Below, piece after piece: positions 9,128 through 12,770 of a stretch of DNA of 12,770 nucleotides (position 1 is the first letter of the stretch; each line of letters starts with the position of its first letter). Below the pieces are notes generated by a model. It saw only the letters and a list, made by a program, of their open reading frames with translations, had not been told where the DNA came from and did no database searches. The position numbers and the translations under genes are program-made. This DNA is from a virus. The stretch lies in the UHGV virus genome UHGV-0246522, one strand, 5' to 3'.

Positions 9128-10077
9128 TCCACCGTAAATTGAATGCCTGATTTTGAGGTATATGATCCAACCTGATTCCGTGGTTCTCCTGAAGGTGTCG
9201 AATCTTGTGCTGGCGCTGCGTCAGTATTCATTGACATATACCGCTTAACGGCACTCCCCAATGATTCACCTTTTTTAACATCCAACCCCAATATCTGACC
9301 GCCATTACGCGATTGTCCAGGGTTGCCATTCGCGCTCATCCACTCGGCTTTAAACTCATTAAACTGCGCGTTTCGTCGCTCAAGGTTTGCCATTGCATCA
9401 AGCCATCTTGCTACCGTCTCAGGGTTATCCATGTCAGTTGGAGCACCCTGTCGAACGATCTCAACGTCTTTATCCGTTGCGGGGCCGGGAGGTAGGAATT
9501 TAAGAACCTGACTGTTAACAAGGGCATTTTGGCGGATGCGCAAATCACGCAATGTTGTATCGCTTCCGGTAAGTTTTGCGAACATGTTCTGTGCGTTACC
9601 GAACAAACCTGTCGTTGGTTTTTCTGCTCTGAACTGTTGAGCAAGCGCACTCATAGAATTGGCTGAGTTTGATGATGCTGTAGCATTGTTTACAGCCGTC
9701 TCGATGCCTTTTTCCATGTTTACTGACAGCTTAGGTGCTTCGCTAATCAACTGCTGAGCCTTTTCCTGTGCTTGCTGCATCTTAAACCCGAACTCTTGCT
9801 GATCCAGAGCCAAGCGTTGTGCTGCGATATTGTGCCCAGTCATTGCTGACTGATAGGAAAGGTTTTGCCCTCTCGCCTGAAGTGCTTCTCCAGCCTGATT
9901 GCTGCGGATTGTCTCTGCCAGTTTGCCTCGGTCAATTTCACGACCAGCCATCTTGTCCTGAACAGCAAACGCCTTTTCTGGTCCAAGCGCACCGAGAGAC
10001 ATAGTAGTCAGCATGTGTGATAGCTGCTCTGGATTCTGGATACCTGTCTGAATCATCCAGTCAGCATTCGCCCCCAC
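9124..10077 (-). CDS. C-terminal portion of an ejection protein (P22 gp20-like); reading frame interrupted upstream
   Basis: 317-aa ORF (GTG at 10077) ending in ATGA overlap with the gp16-like start. Upstream of about 10135 this frame becomes Cys/Trp-rich and non-protein-like, while the adjacent frame becomes protein-like, indicating a frameshift. Confidence 0.6.
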   Translation of the reverse strand: MGANADWMIQTGIQNPEQLSHMLTTMSLGALGPEKAFAVQDKMAGREIDRGKLAETIRSNQAGEALQARGQNLSYQSAMTGHNIAAQRLALDQQEFGFKMQQAQEKAQQLISEAPKLSVNMEKGIETAVNNATASSNSANSMSALAQQFRAEKPTTGLFGNAQNMFAKLTGSDTTLRDLRIRQNALVNSQVLKFLPPGPATDKDVEIVRQGAPTDMDNPETVARWLDAMANLERRNAQFNEFKAEWMSANGNPGQSRNGGQILGLDVKKGESLGSAVKRYMSMNTDAAPAQDSTPSGEPRNQVGSYTSKSGIQFTVE

Positions 10078-10082
10078 GCGAT

Positions 10083-11253
<1,171 letters not shown>

Positions 11254-11375
11254 TCGGCAAGGTGTTCTGGTCGGCGCATAGCTGGTAATCCAACTTTTCC
11301 CTGTTCTTTTTATGCAAATTAATCTAATGAAATTGAAAAGATTTTTACCTATTTTGTTGGTTCAGGAGAACATAA

Positions 11376-11657
11376 GTGAGCGATAAACAAGAAGTTTCCT
11401 TAGCACATATCAATGATGTGCTGGAGTCCAAAAATTATATTGAAACTAATGCTGATGGGGTTGTAACCATCGGAACGGATAACAATGGCTACGAAGTTTT
11501 TAACTTCGTTTTTCTCAATAGCACCCCTGTCATCGGCCATATGAATGGCGAAATCGCAGTGGCAGGAATGCAGCGCACTAAGGTTGCGTCCGTGACTTTA
11601 AGTAAACAGAAGGCCTTCGATTTCTATCAGTCCTTGAAAAGCATGTTCGAGGAATAA
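11376..11657 (+). CDS. Hypothetical 93-aa soluble protein, first gene of the cassette in the rexA-rexB slot
   Basis: GTG start with AGGAG 7 nt upstream; no hydrophobic segment; the DNA looks AT-rich compared with the flanking cI; no resemblance to RexA. Confidence 0.6.
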   Translation: MSDKQEVSLAHINDVLESKNYIETNADGVVTIGTDNNGYEVFNFVFLNSTPVIGHMNGEIAVAGMQRTKVASVTLSKQKAFDFYQSLKSMFEE

Positions 11658-11663
11658 AAGCTG

Positions 11664-12215
11664 ATGAATGCAGCTCAATCATCTTTGGATGAGGGAAAGC
11701 TAGTAATTGCTTACTCTGATAAGAATGGCTCTACAGTAGGGCTGGAATTTTCTTCTGTAGCATCAAGCCAAGCAACGCTCTTGATGAAAGCTTGTTCTGT
11801 TGCTGCTTCAGATAAAGAAAAACGGATTGTCACATCGGTTGTGATGGATGATACTGAGATCATTCAAACAACAAGTGATGATGGAGGCGACGACATGGAT
11901 AAGCGATTAGCAGTTCTTGAAGCTGAAGTTGCGCACATCAAGAGCAGCATGACAGGAATTAAAGAGGATACCCGGAAAATATCTTCTGATTCTACTGACG
12001 CCAAAAGAGACACCGCTGTACTTTTACAGAAGAGCCTGGATTTTGATGCTTCATTATCTAAGAAACCATCGGTTGACTACTTTGAAGCTAAATTTTCCGC
12101 TTTGGAAACCAAGATAGCAGATGTAAAAGTATGGATGCTCGGGGTTCTCCTGGCCTCGCTTGCTATGCCAACTATATTTTTCCTAATAAACTTGTACCTT
12201 AAGAAAGGTCAGTAA
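11664..12215 (+). CDS. Hypothetical 183-aa protein with acidic/coiled-coil-like middle region and a single C-terminal transmembrane anchor, second gene of the rex-slot cassette
   Basis: ATG 6 nt after the upstream stop. C-terminus VKVWMLGVLLASLAMPTIFFLINLYLKKGQ is a typical tail anchor; the preceding region LAVLEAEVAHIKSSMTGIKEDTRKI has a heptad-like pattern. No resemblance to RexB. Confidence 0.6.
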   Translation: MNAAQSSLDEGKLVIAYSDKNGSTVGLEFSSVASSQATLLMKACSVAASDKEKRIVTSVVMDDTEIIQTTSDDGGDDMDKRLAVLEAEVAHIKSSMTGIKEDTRKISSDSTDAKRDTAVLLQKSLDFDASLSKKPSVDYFEAKFSALETKIADVKVWMLGVLLASLAMPTIFFLINLYLKKGQ

Positions 12216-12223
12216 TTTAGCAA

Positions 12224-12250
12224 ATCCGGCCACCGAGCCGGGTTTTCTTT
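12224..12250 (+). terminator. Rho-independent terminator after the rex-slot cassette (tImm-like position)
   Basis: Stem ATCCGGC (12224-12230), loop CACCGA, stem GCCGGGT (12237-12243), followed by TTTCTTT. Confidence 0.55.
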
Positions 12251-12403
12251 GCCTCACGATCCCCATCTAAAGACACATAACCAATTGTATTTATTTCAAA
12301 ATTAATAGATACAACTCACTAAACATCGCAATTCAGATCTCTCGATCACCTTCCCAATCCACACAACCCTGCAAAAAATAAATCTATATAAAAAACATAC
12401 AGA

Positions 12404-12468
12404 TAACCATCTGCGGTGATAAATTATCTCTGGCGGTGTTGACATAAATACCACTGGCGGTGATACTA
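12404..12468 (+). promoter_or_regulatory. Lambda-type left operator and PL promoter: OL3 (12405-12421), OL2 (12425-12441), OL1 (12449-12465); PL -35 TTGACA (12439-12444), -10 GATACT (12462-12467)
   Basis: Sequence TATCTCTGGCGGTGTTGACATAAATACCACTGGCGGTGATACT matches lambda OL/PL as I recall it; oriented to transcribe the plus strand into N. Confidence 0.85.
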
Positions 12469-12506
12469 AGCACATCAGCAGGACGCACTGACCACCATGA
12501 AGGTGA

Positions 12507-12537
12507 CGCTCTTAAAAATTTAGCCCTGAAGAAGGGC
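12507..12537 (+). promoter_or_regulatory. nutL antitermination site (boxA CGCTCTTA 12507-12514; boxB hairpin GCCCTGAAGAAGGGC 12523-12537)
   Basis: Canonical lambda boxA and boxB stem-loop between PL and the N start. Confidence 0.8.
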
Positions 12538-12647
12538 AGCATTCAAAGCAGAAGGCTTTGAGTAGCGCGAAATGCAGCTGCAAGACAGCAACCGTGGAGA
12601 TAAGCATCACGGCACGTTACTCAAAGCTAACTGGCAGGAGAATCCAG

Positions 12648-12770
12648 ATGGATGCACAAACACGCCGCCGCGAACGTCGCGCAGAGAAACAGGCTCAATG
12701 GAAAGCAGCAAATCCCCTGTTGGTTGGGGTAAGCGCAAAACCAGTTAACCGCCCTATTCTCTCGCTGAAT
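12648..12770 (+). CDS. N: Antitermination protein N, 5' part (continues past the window end)
   Basis: Translation MDAQTRRRERRAEKQAQWKAANPLLVGVSAKPVNRPILSLN matches the lambda N arginine-rich N-terminus as I recall it; GGAG lies 7 nt upstream. Not in the ORF track because no stop falls within the window. Confidence 0.9.
   Translation, partial: MDAQTRRRERRAEKQAQWKAANPLLVGVSAKPVNRPILSLN

Noticed and set aside
11254-12403. Looked for rexA and rexB downstream of cI
   Set aside because: No ORF of the right size or sequence character is present; the slot holds the unrelated 93-aa and 183-aa genes instead.

Overview
This window looks like the Escherichia/Shigella-type yfdC-argW chromosomal junction followed by about 12 kb of a defective, mosaic lambdoid prophage integrated at tRNA-Arg(CCU). 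All protein identifications rest on my recollection of the lambda and P22 proteins plus reading the ORF track; no database search was possible. Left to right: the 3' part of a YfdC-like transporter gene; the argW tRNA; an IntS-type integrase; a convergent P22-like tailspike gene; a complete P22-type immI region (ant, arc, divergent mnt, both operators, a likely sar antisense RNA); two unrecognised plus-strand genes after mnt, one translationally coupled to it and one a small 3-TM membrane protein; gp16-like and gp20-like ejection protein genes; and a lambda-type immunity region (OR1-3, cI, OL1-3/PL, nutL, start of N). Two points stand out. First, cro is truncated after codon 26 and fused directly to the interior of the gp20-like gene, so the replication, lysis and head-assembly genes that should lie between them are absent from this window and the prophage is cryptic with an intact repressor. 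Second, where lambda carries rexA-rexB between cI and OL/PL there is instead an unrecognised two-gene cassette (93 aa soluble protein plus 183 aa protein with a C-terminal membrane anchor). That cassette, and to a lesser degree the mnt-coupled pair, are the best candidates for an undescribed lysogen-expressed exclusion or abortive-infection module.
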